Of a stretch of DNA of 64,000 nt, positions 38,568 to 52,090 are shown piece by piece. A program made the position numbers and the translations under genes. Location: assembly GCA_028534125.1 (NCBI GenBank), contig CM052817.1, forward strand, positions 79,920,001-79,984,000, read 5' to 3'. The notes below the pieces were generated by a model. That model was given only the letters and a program-made list of their open reading frames with translations. It was not told the DNA's origin and ran no database searches. Within the stretch, counting starts at the first letter, position 1. Every line of letters begins with the position of its first letter. The stretch comes from Lama glama (Eukaryota).

Positions 38568-38839
38568 AAAGACTTTATTTCTAAGTTCAGTAGATGTTTT
38601 TAGGCAGTGGATCTGATTAGGTTTGTGCGTTTCAAAGATAATTCTGACAACCATAGGAAGGAGGAACCATTTTTGGAAGCAATTAAAGGGCCTCAGCTAA
38701 GGCAGTGCCAAATAGAAATCATGTCCACCCAAAGGTGGTTGAAACTTAAGTTTATACTGGAAGAATACGGACGGTGGCATTGGTTTAATCTTGTTTCAGT
38801 TCTGTACTTAAATTTAAGATAACAAATGTGGTGAAAACC

Positions 38840-39368
38840 ATTCATTCATTCATTTGTCAAATATTGATTGTTTGCCTAATAATGTGTCAGACAATATTTT
38901 CAGTATATGGGATACCTCAGTGACTAAAACTGCCCTCCTGGGAATTACATTCCAACAGTGGGACATAGTCAATAAACAGTAAATAAATAAGTAAACTATG
39001 TACTATTTTATAGGGTGATAATGTTATGGAAAAAAGAAATTAGAGCAGATGAAGGGAACCTAGAATGTACTGGGAAAAAGAGGAGTTTGCAGTGTTATAT
39101 AGGAGGCTCAGAGTGCCCTCGTTGAAAAGGGGAAATTTGCATAAATATTTAAAGGTGGTGAGACCATAGATTTCTAGTGGAAGAGCATCCCAGAAAGAGG
39201 AAGAGGTAGAACAGAAACACTGAGGTAGGAAGCATGCCTTGCTTGTCCCAGGAACAGAAAGGAGGCCAGAGAAGAGTGGTCCAGGGAGAGACTAGTAGGA
39301 GACAGAAAGTGATAAGAGGGCAGAATACAGATTACTAGGGCTTTCCCTCGAGTAAAATGGGAAGAATT
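38840..39368 (-). mobile_element. L2 fragment, interrupted by an LTR and resuming at ~40649
   Basis: cattcattcatt terminus and L2-like text ...gagtaaaatgggaag | ...ttttgagcagaggagtga. Confidence 0.6.
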
Positions 39369-40648
39369 TGTTGCCAAAAGATCAGCCCCTGTCCCTGACA
39401 AGCCAAGTTGAAACTTAAAGACAGGGTCTTGGAGCTTAGAAGAAAGGAGACAGCTTTATTGCTTTGCCGGGCAAAGGGGACTCACAGCAGGCTAGTGCCT
39501 TCAAGACTGTGAGCCCATCTTGGGGCTGGGGCAGGGTGATTACACAGCCGTAGCTTAAACAATAAAGCATCGATAACACTCAACAGAATCATTTTCTTCT
39601 CATAAGACTCAGAGTGGCGTCATGGTGTCTCCAGGTGACCAGTAGAGGTTGCTCTTTCAATCTCTTTGGCTTACAAGACCCAAGGCATGGTCTTCTTGGT
39701 AATTCAGGCTATTTTGTAAGGTTACAGTCCCTTGACCTCCCTGGNNNNNNNNNNNNNNNNNNNNNNNNNNNNNNNNNNNNNNNNNNNNNNNNNNNNNNNN
39801 NNNNNNNNNNNNNNNNNNNNNNNNNNNNNNNNNNNNNNNNNNNNNNNNNNNNNNNNNNNNNNNNNNNNNNNNNNNNNNNNNNNNNNNNNNNNNNNNNNNN
39901 NNNNNNNNNNNNNNNNNNNNNNNNNNNNNNNNNNNNNNNNNNNNNNNNNNNNNNNNNNNNNNNNNNNNNNNNNNNNNNNNNNNNNNNNNNNNNNNNNNNN
40001 NNNNNNNNNNNNNNNNNNNNNNNNNNNNNNNNNNNNNNNNNNNNNNNNNNNNNNNNNNNNNNNNNNNNNNNNNNNNNNNNNNNNNNNNNNNNNNNNNNNN
40101 NNNNNNNNNNNNNNNNNNNNNNNNNNNNNNNNNNNNNNNNNNNNNNNNNNNNNNNNNNNNNNNNNNNNNNNNNNNNNNNNNNNNNNNNNNNNNNNNNNNN
40201 NNNNNNNNNNNNNNNNNNNNNNNNNNNNNNNNNNNNNNNNNNNNAGCCGTAGCTTAAACAATAAAGCATCGATAACACTCAACAGAATCATTTTCTTCTC
40301 ATAAGACTCAGAGTGGCGTCATGGTGTCTCCAGGTGACCAGTAGAGGTTGCTCTTTCAATCTCTTTGGCTTACAAGACCCAAGGCATGGTCTTCTTGGTA
40401 ATTCAGGCTATTTTGTAAGGTTACAGTCCCTTGACCTCCCTGGAGAAGGACTCAGAGACCAAGCATGATTATTACTTTCAATTACTGGAATAAAATAGAA
40501 ACAGTAAAATTAATAGCTTTACTTTTAACAGTGGGCCTGGAGCTGTGAGTAGCAACTGGTTAGTCAGGTTAGTTGACCGTTTTAAGGGCAAGCATAAACA
40601 TAAGCAATCAGTTAGCCTAAGTGCGGCCATTTTATTAATTCTCCTTCA
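39369..40648 (-). mobile_element. Solo LTR (ERV1-like) spanning the assembly gap
   Basis: TG at 39369 and CA at 40648. Minus-strand AATAAA (ctttattg, ~39455). Interrupts an L2. Confidence 0.65.
39745..40244. other. 500-N assembly gap
   Basis: N run, with an identical 199-bp sequence on both sides. Confidence 0.99.
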
Positions 40649-42109
40649 GTTTTGCAAAATTTTGAGCAGAGGAGTGAAAGGATTTGAGTTAATTTTTAAA
40701 AGGGACGCCTGTGACAAAAAAGTAAGAACTTTATTTTCCAAGTTGGAGGTTTTTAGGCAGTGGAATGATATGATTAAGACTTACTGGGAATGGACTGGAG
40801 ATAGGCAGACTGTTGGTTTTGTAGCTCACTGCACATGTCAGAAAATATTAACTATTGAGAAATGCAATTCCTGAAAAGCAATGCGTGTCTTAGTATTCTA
40901 AACCAAGTACCTTAGATAAGACCAGACGTGATCTTAGGAAAGAAAGCTCCTTCTGATGTCAGAATCTGAGTGAAGTTGTCTGACTCTGCCCTTCTCTTAC
41001 ACACTTAGGAGGTTAGAGAAATATTAAGTTGGGGAGTACAGTTGTTAGGGGTCCCAGTAATGAAACAGAGGGCTGTTTATGGGAAACACTGGCACAGATG
41101 TGCAGCAGAACAGAAATCAGACTGTGTCTGTTCAATGCCAAGAAAAGTCACCAGACTTACTTTTAATCTTTGAAAGTATCCATTTCGCCACCCCCTCACC
41201 ATCTTTACCTTTTTATACTCATCCTCTTAGAAGATGACAGATTGTTGTTTGAGTTTTTATTTTATGTTAATTATATCAAATTGTAATCTCTTCAGAAATA
41301 ATTTAGGAGCTCTTCTAAACTTAGTATGCTAAGACTGTTTTGTTTTGTTTCTTTAATTACTGCTGAAACTTGAAATAGATACTTCAAAGGCTGAAACAGA
41401 TCTCTTGGATACTCTGTAATTGTGATAAGCAGCTGTACGTGACTTTTTGCTTGTAGATTAGTTTCGTTTAAAAAATTTCATGCCTTCTCAGGGAAACATT
41501 TTTTCACATAAAAACAGACTAAGTTTGAAAAGCCGAAGACTTTTTCCTTTTGCTCTGAATTCTCTATGACTTTTCCACACATACAGTGATGTCTTGTGAT
41601 TTAAACATAGTATAGAAAGGAAACCATAAACAGAGACTCTGACACCTGAAGAAAAAAAAGGGCATGTGCATATTAAGGGTATGAACAAAGCTTGAAAGAA
41701 GGCAGAAAGGCTTGGAAATGGGAAAGGCAGTGGAAGATTCTACAGAAGAGAGGGTGAATTACTGTCATGCTGGGTAGAGAGGCAGCCAGAAGGCACTATT
41801 GTATAGTAGTTAATGGCGTGGGACTTTGGCATTAGATAAACGTGTGTTTTAGTTCTTTTACTTACTAGCCATGAGATTTTATATGTTACTTAATTATTCT
41901 TCATTTTCTACATCATTAAAATAGTATAATTTATAGTATAAATTACAGTATAATGATATAAATGTGTTAATTATAGTATAATAGTTTAATCATATTGTTG
42001 CAGTGAGGACTACATTACACAATGTGTGCAAACTGCCTCATACTTAGTAAGCTCCCAAAACATGTTAGAAATGAAAAACGAGCAAAATTCCAGTCTTGTC
42101 TTTCAGACT

Positions 42110-44030
42110 TAATCTTTTCAACAAACTGTTCTTGAGCAACTGGATATCCATGAGAGACAAAACAACCCCAGTTTGCACCATTTACAAAAATCAGCCTAAG
42201 GTGAATTATAAACATTATTGTTACAGCTAAAACAAAAAGAACAAAATTGGAGGACTCACACTTCCTGACTTCAAAACTTAGTGACAGTAATCAAAACAGT
42301 GTGGTCCCGGCTTAAGGATGGACATAAAGACCAATGAAATAGAATTGAGAGTCCAGAAATAAACCCATACATCTATTGCCAATTGATTTTTGACAAAGGT
42401 GCCAAGACCACTCAATGGGGAAAAGCATAATCTCTTCACTGAATGGTGCTGGAACAATTTGATATCTAAAATCAACATAAAATGTATCAATTAATATAAG
42501 AAATAAAATTGTAAAACTGAGGAAAACATTGGATTAAATCTTAATAACTTCGGATTTGGCAATGGATTCTTAGACAAAACACCAAAAGCATGAGCAACCA
42601 AAGAAAAAAATAGACAAATTAGACTTCATTAAAATTTTAAAAGTGTATATAGCAAAGTACATTATTAAAAAAGTGGAAAATAGCAGCCTACAAAATAAAA
42701 GAAAATACTTGCAAATCATGTTTTGATAAGGTTCTAGTATCTAGAATATATTAAGAACGCTTAACAATTCGGCAGCAAGAAGACAAACAACCCAATTTTT
42801 AAATGGGTAAGAGATCTGAATAGATATTTCTCCGAAGAAGAAATAGAGATGGCCAACAAGCACATGAAAAGATGCTCAACATCTTTTGAAATCAAAACCA
42901 CAATGAAATACCACTTTACAGCCACTAGAGTATCTATTATTATAAAACAAAAACAAAACAAAAAAAATGGAAGGTAAGTGTTGGTGAGCATACTGGGTTG
43001 AATAGTATCCCTCCCTGCAATATTCATGTCCACCATAAATCTCAGTGATTTTATTTGGAAAGAGGTGTTTGTAGATATAATTAGTTAAGATGAGGTCATA
43101 CCAGATTAGGGTGGGCCCTAAATCCTGTGATTGGTATCCTTTTAAGAAAGCTATGTGAAAGGGAGGCAGAGATTCGAGCTATGCTGCCAAAAGCCAAGGA
43201 CCTCCTGGAGCCAGCAGAGCCTGGAAGAGGCAAGGAAGGAGTCCTCCTTAGAGCCTTCAAAAGGAACATGGCCCTGCAGATACCTTGATTTCAGACTTCT
43301 AGATTCCAAAACCATGAGATAATAAATATGTATTGTTGTAAGCCACTGCATTTGTGGTAATTTGGCACAGCAGCCCTAGGAAACTAATACAGCAAGGGTG
43401 TGGAGAAATGAAAGCCTTTGACACTGCTGGTAGTTTATGGTTCGGCTGCTACAGAAAAGTTTGACAGTTCTACAGAAACTTAAATGCAGAATTACCATGT
43501 GACCACTCCTGGGTGTGTACCCCAAAGAATTGAAAACAGGTACTCAAACACTTGTACACAAATGTTCTTAGTAGCACTGTTCACAGTAGTCCAGAAGTAG
43601 AAACAATCCAAATTTCCATCAACGGATAAATCGATAAACAGAGTGACTCCCACATACATACAGACATAAAAAGGAATGAAATACTGACACATAATACAAT
43701 GTGGATGAACCTCGAAAACATGAATGCTAAGTGAAAGAAACCAGACACAAAAGAATCACATGTGATTCCATTTATATGAAATACCCAGAGTGGGTAAATC
43801 CATAGAGACAGAAAGCAGTTGGTGTTGCCAGGGGCTGGTGGGGAGGAGGACAGGGAGAGACGGCTTAACGGCTACAGGGTTTTCTCTTGGGCTGATGGGG
43901 ATGTTTTGGAACAAGATAAAGGTAGTGGTTGTACAACATTGTGAATGTACCAAGTGCCACTGAATTGTATACTTTAAAATGGTCATGTTTATGTTAATGA
44001 ATTATACCTCAATTTTTTTAAAAAAAGACT
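42110..44030 (+). mobile_element. Old LINE-1 (L1MB-like) 3' part with a nested MLT1 LTR (~42990-43392)
   Basis: ORF2-like text (ggaggactcacacttcctgacttcaaaac, cacatgaaaagatgctcaacatc) and an L1MB-type 3'UTR. MLT1 motifs interrupt the L1. Confidence 0.8.
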
Positions 44031-46122
44031 AAAATCATCTGAAAAATGAAATATAGAATATCCTTTGTATTCAGGAGTAGACAAAACTTGAAAAAATAGA
44101 ACCCAGTAGCCATTAAAAAAAAAAGACAAATTGACTAGGAAAATAGATTGCCAGGCAGTATTAAGGACCACTTGCAGTTTGGAGTCATGAACTTAAAATG
44201 ATACCAATCAGCATGGTTGTGTGTGTTTCTCTGTTTGTTTTCAGCTGCCTCAGTATAAGCATGGAGTGGACAGAGTTGTATTTCATCAAGATTAGTGGCT
44301 TTGCAAGGTAAGATGAACCAAAAGAGAGAGAGGGTTTTGAGGGTGTACGTGCAAGAGAGAGATTGTAATGGGAGTTTAAGCTGAGTTAAGTAGAGAATTG
44401 ATAATACAGGGTGAAGGACAGTGAAAGTTTGGTAAGGCTAGAGACTGCAAGACCTGGTGGGTCTCCAGATTGTTGGAGTCTAGAGTATATTTTGATGCTA
44501 TCCAGGGATATGTCTGAGTGTATCGAGAGTTTTATTTTTATTTCACGAAATTGAAAATTTCGCAAAAGAGGTTTTGAAGCTGAGTTCAGACAACTTGTTA
44601 TGTATGTTCCTAGGCCGTCCTGGCTCTCCTAGTCCTTGAAAGCCTGTGGGAAGCTGCTGTTGAGCAGTGGCTGTGCTGTGGGTTCCTGCAGTCCCCACGC
44701 CGTGTCTCCAGCTGCCGTGCTCCGCAGCTTCAGGGATGCTTCTAGGTGCTAGAGAACCAAATTTACCAATGCTGTGGCCAGGATTAGAGGAAAGGCAAAA
44801 CTCTAAGAGTTGTTTGCTTTTTGATATTTTGGATTTAAAAGATTGTGATAAAAAATATACTTGAAGAATTGTAAAGTCTTAGCATTGGAAGAGAAGCTTA
44901 TATTATCTACAGTTTTAGCTCTAGCGCTTTAAGAGCTCATACCTCACAAGACAGGTCATTCTATTGTAGACAGCTTCTCAGTTAGTGGGTACTTTGTTAA
45001 AGAGTTATTTTTATTGAGCTCAAGTCTTTCTCTTGTAATTTCTTCCTTTTAGTTTTAAATGTGAAGTCTAAGATATTGTGTGGAAAAAGTCCAATTGCTC
45101 TTGAACTTCTTTTTAAATAGAACTTACCCCCCTTTATATTCTAACCAGTAACCAGATCCATCCTCTCCCCTCCGTCCACCTTCCACATCCTCGTATAGGT
45201 GACTGTGCGTCTCTGCCTCTGGTCTGGCGCTCATCCAGTCAGTTCTCCACACTGTTACCAGGGTGGTAATACATCCAAAACACTTCTACTAGTAATAATA
45301 ACATTAAAATTATTTAATTTTTTTTATATTATAAATTTATGATGATGGTAAGTGCTCATAAAGCACTAACTGTGTGCCAGGCACTGTTCTATGCACTGTA
45401 TTCATTTATTCCTCACAATACCCTGTGAAGTAGATTCCATTATTATCCTCAATTTTCAGATGTGGAAACAGGGCAGTGAAGTTAAAAGCTACACAACTAG
45501 TACACAGTGGAGACAAGTTCAAATCCAGACTTCTAGATTCAGAGGCCATGCCTTCAGACACCACAGCAAGCCATTTCTTTCTCTCCCTTACTTAAAACAC
45601 TCCGTGGTTCCCATGATAGGATGAGGTTTGACACGGTGCGTGATGCCCTTCATGAGCCCTGCCTTTCCCCTTCTAATGCTTCATCCCCTACTGTTCCCTA
45701 CTTTATAAAGAATAATTATTATTTACATTCCTGTAACACTAAATTGCCCTTATTACCCGAATACGCTGTTTTTTCCACATATATGTGCGTGTAGTACCAC
45801 CTCCTTCAACTTGCTGATTCTTTCACATTATTCTTCAAGACTCATTTTAAGTAGTTGTGTTCTTCTGGGAACACTGCCTGTTGCCTGCATGGTGCACTTC
45901 CCCTGTGGGATGACATGTTCCTCCTCCACACACCCATACTTTTGTCATTAATATCATTATAATACTGTCATTGCACTGACCATATTTAATGGAAACTGCA
46001 TATGCTGGAAACTCCTCAAAGTCAGAGACATTATCTTCTTTTTCATACATAAGCCTCTTTTATAACCATGAATTACACTGAATAAAGTTCCAAGTTTTAA
46101 TTTTATTTGCAGATGTTGATTC

Positions 46123-48267
46123 ATGGTGATGGCTTGCAGGGTCATAAACAAAAGAAGGCACGTGGGACTTCAACAGCTTTCATCATTTGCAGAAACTGGA
46201 AGGACTTTCCTCGGCCCAGTAAAATCATCCAAATTTGTAATCGATGAAGAGTGTCATGAAAGTGTGTTGATCAGTTCAACAGTAAGGCTTCTTGAAAATC
46301 TGGATTTAACCAGTGCTGTGGGACAGCTTCTCAATGAAGCAGTTCAAGCACAAAATAACACATACAGAACTGGAACCAGTACACTTCTGTGTCTTGTCGG
46401 TGCGTGGAGCAGTGCTGCGGAAGAATGTCTTCATTTGGGTGTCCCTATTTCATTAATAGTGTCTGTAATGTCAGAAGGCTTAAATTCATGCATTGAAGAG
46501 ATAGTTTCCCTGCAAGTACCAATCCAGAATGTATTTGACTGTATCGACAGCACAAAGACATTTTCTGGACTTGAAACACTTAATGTCAGTTTGTACCCTT
46601 TTCTACAAATCCCTTCAGATACTGGTTTAATGCAGAAAAAGCATGATCTCAAAGATGTTGCCTCACAGTCATTGGCCATATACAGTATTCCTGGGAGGCC
46701 AGTTAAATCACCTAAACTCTTTGGGCCTCAGGCTAAGGTTGAAGCAGATAAAAACACATCACAGACTCCTCAAACTCTGGGAAACAGTCTTCCTGCAGAC
46801 ACCCGCTGCAGAAGGTCAGTACTAACCCACAGTAGGCATTTTAGCAGAACAGATAATAACCAACGGATAAGCAAACCGGATGGATTTCTAGAGCAACATA
46901 GTGCAGCCACACTCAAGACTTACAGATGTAATGACTTGTTAGAGTTGGAGGTAGGTTTGAGTCATGGAGATCACAGCAGCATGAAATTAGTAGATGAAGC
47001 AGTGCGGCTGCAGTATCAGAACGCAGGTGTGCAACAGGGCGGCCGTACAGTGCCGTTTCTGTTTGACATTTCAGGAATCTTCACTTGCTGCCTACCAGGT
47101 TTACCGGAAACTTTGTCTTGTGTCTGTCCAGGATATGTCACTGTTGTGTCAATATCTAGGACTGCTCTGATCGAGGAATTGCAGAAGCAGCCTATCCGGG
47201 TAGTTCTCGTTGAGGGTGACCTCACAGAGAATTATCGCCACCTGGGATTTAACAAGCCTGCAAATATTAAAACAGTATCAGAAAGCATGAAGGTTGAACC
47301 AGACAGCTCAGAAGAACTGTGGACAAATCATGTGTTACAGGTGTTAATCAAGTTCAGTGTGAACCTCGTTCTGTCACAAGGAAATGTATCTGAACGCCTG
47401 ATTGACAAATGCACACACAGTAAGCGGTTGGTCGTTGGGTCAGTGAATGGCAGTGTGATGCAGGCTTTTGCAGAGGCTTCGGGAGCGGTACAGGTGGCCT
47501 ACATCACACAAGTGAATGAAAACTGTGTGGGCAGTGGGGTCTGTGTGACCTTCTGGAGAAGCATCCCCTTCGATGCTGTAGATCAGACCAGCAGAGTGGC
47601 AATCTTGTTAAAGACAGAAGGAATGAACTTGGTTACAGTAGTGCTCACTAGCCCCGTCGCTGCCCAGATGCAGACCAAAGAAGACAGGTTCTGGGCTTGT
47701 GCCTATCGTCTGCATCATGCTCTAAAAGAGCAAAAGGTCCTCCGTGGAGGTGGCGCAGTTGAACTTCTGTGTCTTAGCCATCTTCAGATTCTCGCGGAGC
47801 AATCTCTGAATAAAGGAAACCAAGACTCTTCAGGATGGTTTCATAATACTTCTTCTTGGCTGGCCTCATCCCTGGCGCTTTACAGACCGACTGTACTTAA
47901 ATGCCTGGCCGATGGATGGCACAGATACCTTTCAACTCTCCTGTGTAACACTGCCAGTTACTCATCAGAATTTGAAGCCAACACATTCATTCAGCATCAT
48001 CTACAAAATGCTGCAGACTCTGGCTCTCCTTCATCTTACATCTTGAATGAATATAGTAAACTAAAGAGTGGAATTTTTAATTCAGGCATTTCAAATAAAC
48101 TGGAACAGATTCCAAGCGTTTATGACATTGTTACACCGAAGATTGAGGCATGGCGCCGAGCTTTGGATTTAGTATTGTTAGTACTTCAGACAGACAGTGA
48201 AATTATTACTGGACTTGGACGCACACAGATAAAATCACAAGACTCAGAGGACTTTTTATTTTTATAG
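46123..48267 (+). CDS. BBS12: Bardet-Biedl syndrome 12 protein (group II chaperonin-like BBSome assembly factor), 714 aa, single coding exon
   Basis: Open 714-aa ORF starting [32 protein letters not shown], with chaperonin-like motifs ([32 protein letters not shown]). Acceptor ttttatttgcag at 46112, 10 nt before the ATG. Confidence 0.98.
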   Translation: MVMACRVINKRRHVGLQQLSSFAETGRTFLGPVKSSKFVIDEECHESVLISSTVRLLENLDLTSAVGQLLNEAVQAQNNTYRTGTSTLLCLVGAWSSAAEECLHLGVPISLIVSVMSEGLNSCIEEIVSLQVPIQNVFDCIDSTKTFSGLETLNVSLYPFLQIPSDTGLMQKKHDLKDVASQSLAIYSIPGRPVKSPKLFGPQAKVEADKNTSQTPQTLGNSLPADTRCRRSVLTHSRHFSRTDNNQRISKPDGFLEQHSAATLKTYRCNDLLELEVGLSHGDHSSMKLVDEAVRLQYQNAGVQQGGRTVPFLFDISGIFTCCLPGLPETLSCVCPGYVTVVSISRTALIEELQKQPIRVVLVEGDLTENYRHLGFNKPANIKTVSESMKVEPDSSEELWTNHVLQVLIKFSVNLVLSQGNVSERLIDKCTHSKRLVVGSVNGSVMQAFAEASGAVQVAYITQVNENCVGSGVCVTFWRSIPFDAVDQTSRVAILLKTEGMNLVTVVLTSPVAAQMQTKEDRFWACAYRLHHALKEQKVLRGGGAVELLCLSHLQILAEQSLNKGNQDSSGWFHNTSSWLASSLALYRPTVLKCLADGWHRYLSTLLCNTASYSSEFEANTFIQHHLQNAADSGSPSSYILNEYSKLKSGIFNSGISNKLEQIPSVYDIVTPKIEAWRRALDLVLLVLQTDSEIITGLGRTQIKSQDSEDFLFL

Positions 48268-48319
48268 TATTATTGGCTAAGTGTTTGGAAAATAATCTTT
48301 GGTAATATAACATGCTAAT

Positions 48320-48325
48320 AATAAA
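48320..48325 (+). terminator. Candidate proximal BBS12 polyadenylation signal
   Basis: AATAAA 53 nt after the stop. Usage unverified. Confidence 0.35.
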
Positions 48326-48391
48326 CTTTCTAGTAGCCAAGTCATAGTGCCTAAAATGCCAGCTATTTGCAGGAAGAAAATATTTGATGTC

Positions 48392-51300
48392 TGTCAATAA
48401 CTGTGTAGGGTCTAAAATTCCACTCTATTTATAACATAACAAGTTATCCTGTTACTGTTGCATAGAATGCTACAGAATACATGAGATACTTGGATCAGAG
48501 ACAAAGGACTTTTTATTATTCACAGCAAAAGCAGTAGCCAGAGCTTCGTATTGGTTTGTGCCAATTTCCACATTTCTCTGAGTCCCACAAGAGCAACACA
48601 AAGGGCCAGTGATGGAAGCCTGTACATGCCGTGTGTTGTGTTACAGAAGAGGGACACTGAGCCTGGGACAGCCTCTGCTTGTATAATAAGCAGAAACAAT
48701 CCTGTTCTTTGTCCAAGGGTAATTGTTACCTCATGCCTCCGGGTTGCTCAGTGTAAACACAAGCCTGAGACATGAGCTGGGTAAAGACAGGTCATAGCGC
48801 ATGGAGAGAGTATGCAGTGTCACACAGCCCACAATGGACAGCCTCTTCCAACAGTTCACTCCTCAATCTGACACATTCTTGGTGAGACTTGAATTTTCGT
48901 GTGAGTATGCCACTCTGTTGGCTACTGTAATTAATCTGGCAAACAGGTTGCTTGGCCAATACCAAAGCCATTCAGTTGGTCTCATATAGCAATTAAATTA
49001 AGGCTACTGTCAACAGACGCTGAGCAACAAGATGAAGCCAGTCTGTAGAACTGACCTCTGTCAGGTCCCCCAGGATCTTGAATTTAGTCAAATGTAAATT
49101 CCAAAGAAGGACCAGTAAGTTTTTATTAGCCAGAATGTCGTCTAAGACCAAATTATTATCTGTTATGAACCATGCAAGGGAGTTTTGGTTAACTTGCTGA
49201 TCTTTGGTGTCATTGCCAACAATTATAGGAGGCAATAGAGGGACCAGAAAGCACCTCTCATCCCTAATGGAGAGACATTCGTGGCCCATTTTCCCCACAG
49301 ACAAGCACATAACGTAACAGTCCCACGTCACTGTATTTCAGCATTTGTTGTTAAACCTGATTTGAATCACCATTATACAAATTTGATTCAGTCACATAAG
49401 TAGTGTCGCCCAGTAGTTGCAGCTGCAATTGCCATGCATGGAAAATCCAAGGCCACTCATATTAAGAGAAGCGTCTGATCAGTCAGATTGAGACAAGGTT
49501 GTCCTGGCACCTGTGTTTGTACGTGTTCATATCTGGGAGCTGCCGTTGATGCATCTTACTGTCTCCAGTACTGAATAAGAGCCTTAATAAGGTTTGAGCC
49601 TTCTTTGTGGTGGTGGGTGGGCAAGGAGACCACCTTTGTTTGGCTCCCAGAGGGACTGAGTGCTGTGAATCTGTCCAGATGGTCTCAAGGAACTGTACCT
49701 GGCACTCAACGTTCTGAATTTTGTCTGGGCTTATCAGTCACTCCTCATGGTAGAGGTAGATAACACCACAGTCAAGTAGATAGTGGCCACAGTCAGGACC
49801 ATTGAAACAGGCTTCTAACTTGTCAGCCACCAGGACACCTCCGTATCATCTATGTAGTGAACATTTGCGGCATCGGAGCGTAGAGGCACTCACACTAAAC
49901 CCCAGCCTGTCTGTGGGTTAGGATGGGTTTGGGCATGGTGGTGGATGGCAGGAAGTTTGTCTCATTTTTTCTACTTGTAGCAATACCCTGAGTGGAACAA
50001 TCTCCTCTGGCACTTTATGAACATTTAAGTTTAAGCATATAAACACCTTGATAGCAATTACGTGTTTTCATAAGAGCAGTACATTGAATTGGGCCAAAGG
50101 CCCCACCCACAGGGTCCCACTTTGTCTCTCCTGCAAGATTTTCTCCAGTCCTATCAGTTGACTTTAGTCACTTTCCCCCTCTGTGGGAACATGAGCCAAG
50201 AAGTTTGACACTTTCACATTAGGGGCTCTGATAGCTGCTGAGAGATGATGTCTCCCTGGCCGGTAGCTCAGGAAGCAGCAGAGAGCAAGGGCAGCGGACA
50301 AGGAGGCTCTTTTCGTCTTTTTTGGCTCTTCATTTCAGTGTCGGCGCCAGCTTCTCCCCTGTGCTCTTCCCAGTGTCTGGAGAGCACCCCGGCTCCAGGG
50401 AGCTTGCTTTCTGCCCTCCGCGTGCCGCTGCGCCTCCTCAGTGCCCTGCAGTCCTGGGTGCCTTTGGCCACCCTGTGCCCAGGGCCCGCTTCCGCCATGG
50501 GACTGGTAGAATGGTCACTCGGGCCCCTGTCTCTGACAGAGCTTTAAAAGTTGAGTCACTTCCTCCCCTGAGTGCCCCATCAGACTTGGCTTTTTCCGCA
50601 GGAGCTGAAGTCAGGGTAGAGGGTGAGGGAGGTCTGGGGAAGTGTAGAGGGGGACAGTGGCTCCGTGCCCGTGAGCAGCGCTTTGTGGTCACTTTTGGTT
50701 TTGATTGGCTGCCCAACCTGCGCTCAACAAACTTGTATTTTCACTGTCCTCAAAGTTTTATCTCCTCATTGCTGACAGCATTTCTTGCAGCTTTGGGGAC
50801 CCCTGACTTGGCAGCCACAGCCAGTTTCTTCTCAGCCAGTGCCTTGGGGCTACTGCCTTGTTGCCCTGTTCACATTCCTCCTCCTCCCACCTGAGGTGAG
50901 TGAGCAACAACCAAGGCATCATTTGGGTGGCTTGTTCTAATCCCACCTCTCAGGACTTATTCTCCAGGCGTCATTTGCAGGTGGGACAGCAGGGGCTCCC
51001 AGTCCCCTCCCCCTTCCCCACTACTTGAGTGAAAGCAGTCACTATCGGAGCCCAGGGAGTCCAATCTCTTAACCCAGCCACTGGGGCCCTCACCTTTTCC
51101 GGGAGAACCGTGACTCTCTCAAGTCAGAACTGGCAATAACTATGCAGGGTCTGGGGTTTTGCCCTGTTTACAAGCTAACAAATTAGCCTCTCAAAATTCA
51201 TGAGATGCTGGCAGAAGGCTCAAGACTCCTGGGCTTTTATAAAAGTAACCAGAGCTTCATGTTGGTTTATGTTGGTCCCCTGGGCTCTCAGGTCCCACAA

Positions 51301-51558
51301 GAGTGACATAAAGAGCCCAAGATGAATGCCGACACACATGGTAGTTTGTGTTTCAGAAGAGCAGTACTGAGCTCAGGCAATTCACAACTTTTCTAGTGAG
51401 CACAAGTAAGCCTGTTTGTATGGGGAGAGATTACATCATTATTCAAGGTTGCTCACTGCAAACACAGCCTTGAGAAGTGGCCTGGAAAGAGAGAACTCAG
51501 CACCCAGCAAGAACATGCAGGGATGCTCAGAGCCCATGGCAGACTGCCTGTCCCAACA
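48392..51558 (-). mobile_element. Ancient two-LTR ERVL-class element (MER74/LTR53-like) with a degenerate internal region
   Basis: Homologous LTRs at 48392-48853 and 51131-51558 (tgtcaataactgtgtagggtct...ttccaaca versus tggcaataactatgcagggtct...tcccaaca). 5-bp flanks atgtc/aagtc. Minus-strand purine tract gaggagtgaac before the 3' LTR. Confidence 0.7.
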
Positions 51559-51707
51559 AAGTCCCAGCGTTCAATAAATTGAGCGTTATAAGGCCTGAAT
51601 TTATGTGTGTAGTTTTTGAAGTTGAATATTAAAGAGCTCAGAGAAAATAATAGTAGTAATTAAATTACTGATGACCTACCATGTTCCTTCTAAATTCTTT
51701 ACATACT

Positions 51708-52090
51708 GTATTAATTTGCCAGGGTTGCCACAACAAAGTACCACATACTGGGTGGCTTAAACAACAGAAATGTATTTTCTCACAATTCTGGAGGCTAGAG
51801 GTCTGAGATCAAGGAGTTGGCAGGATTGATTTCTTCTGAGGCCTGTCGCCTTGACTTGTAGATGGCTGTCTTCTTCCTGTCTTCACATCTTCCTTCTGTA
51901 CCTGTCTGTGCCCAAATTTCCTCTCCTTGTAAGGACTCCAGTCATATTGGATTAAAGCCCACTCCAGTGACCTCATTTTAACTTAGTTACCCTTTAAAGA
52001 CCCTATCTCCAAATTTAGTCACATTTTGAGATGTAGGGGTTTAGGACTTCAGCGTATGAATTGGAGGTGGGGGACACAGTGCAGCCCGTA
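51708..52090 (-). mobile_element. MaLR MLT1-type LTR
   Basis: gggtggcttaaacaacagaaatgtatt...ttctggaggctagaggtctgagatcaagg...gacacagtgcagccc. Confidence 0.8.

Noticed and set aside
39614..40304. 189-212 aa ORFs
   Set aside because: Artefacts of translating through the N gap.
46431..47225. Antisense and alternative-frame ORFs within BBS12
   Set aside because: Short shadow ORFs with no recognisable motifs.
50245..50946. Cluster of GC-rich ORFs up to 190 aa
   Set aside because: They lie in the internal region of the old LTR element and show no recognisable domain. High GC content explains the open frames.
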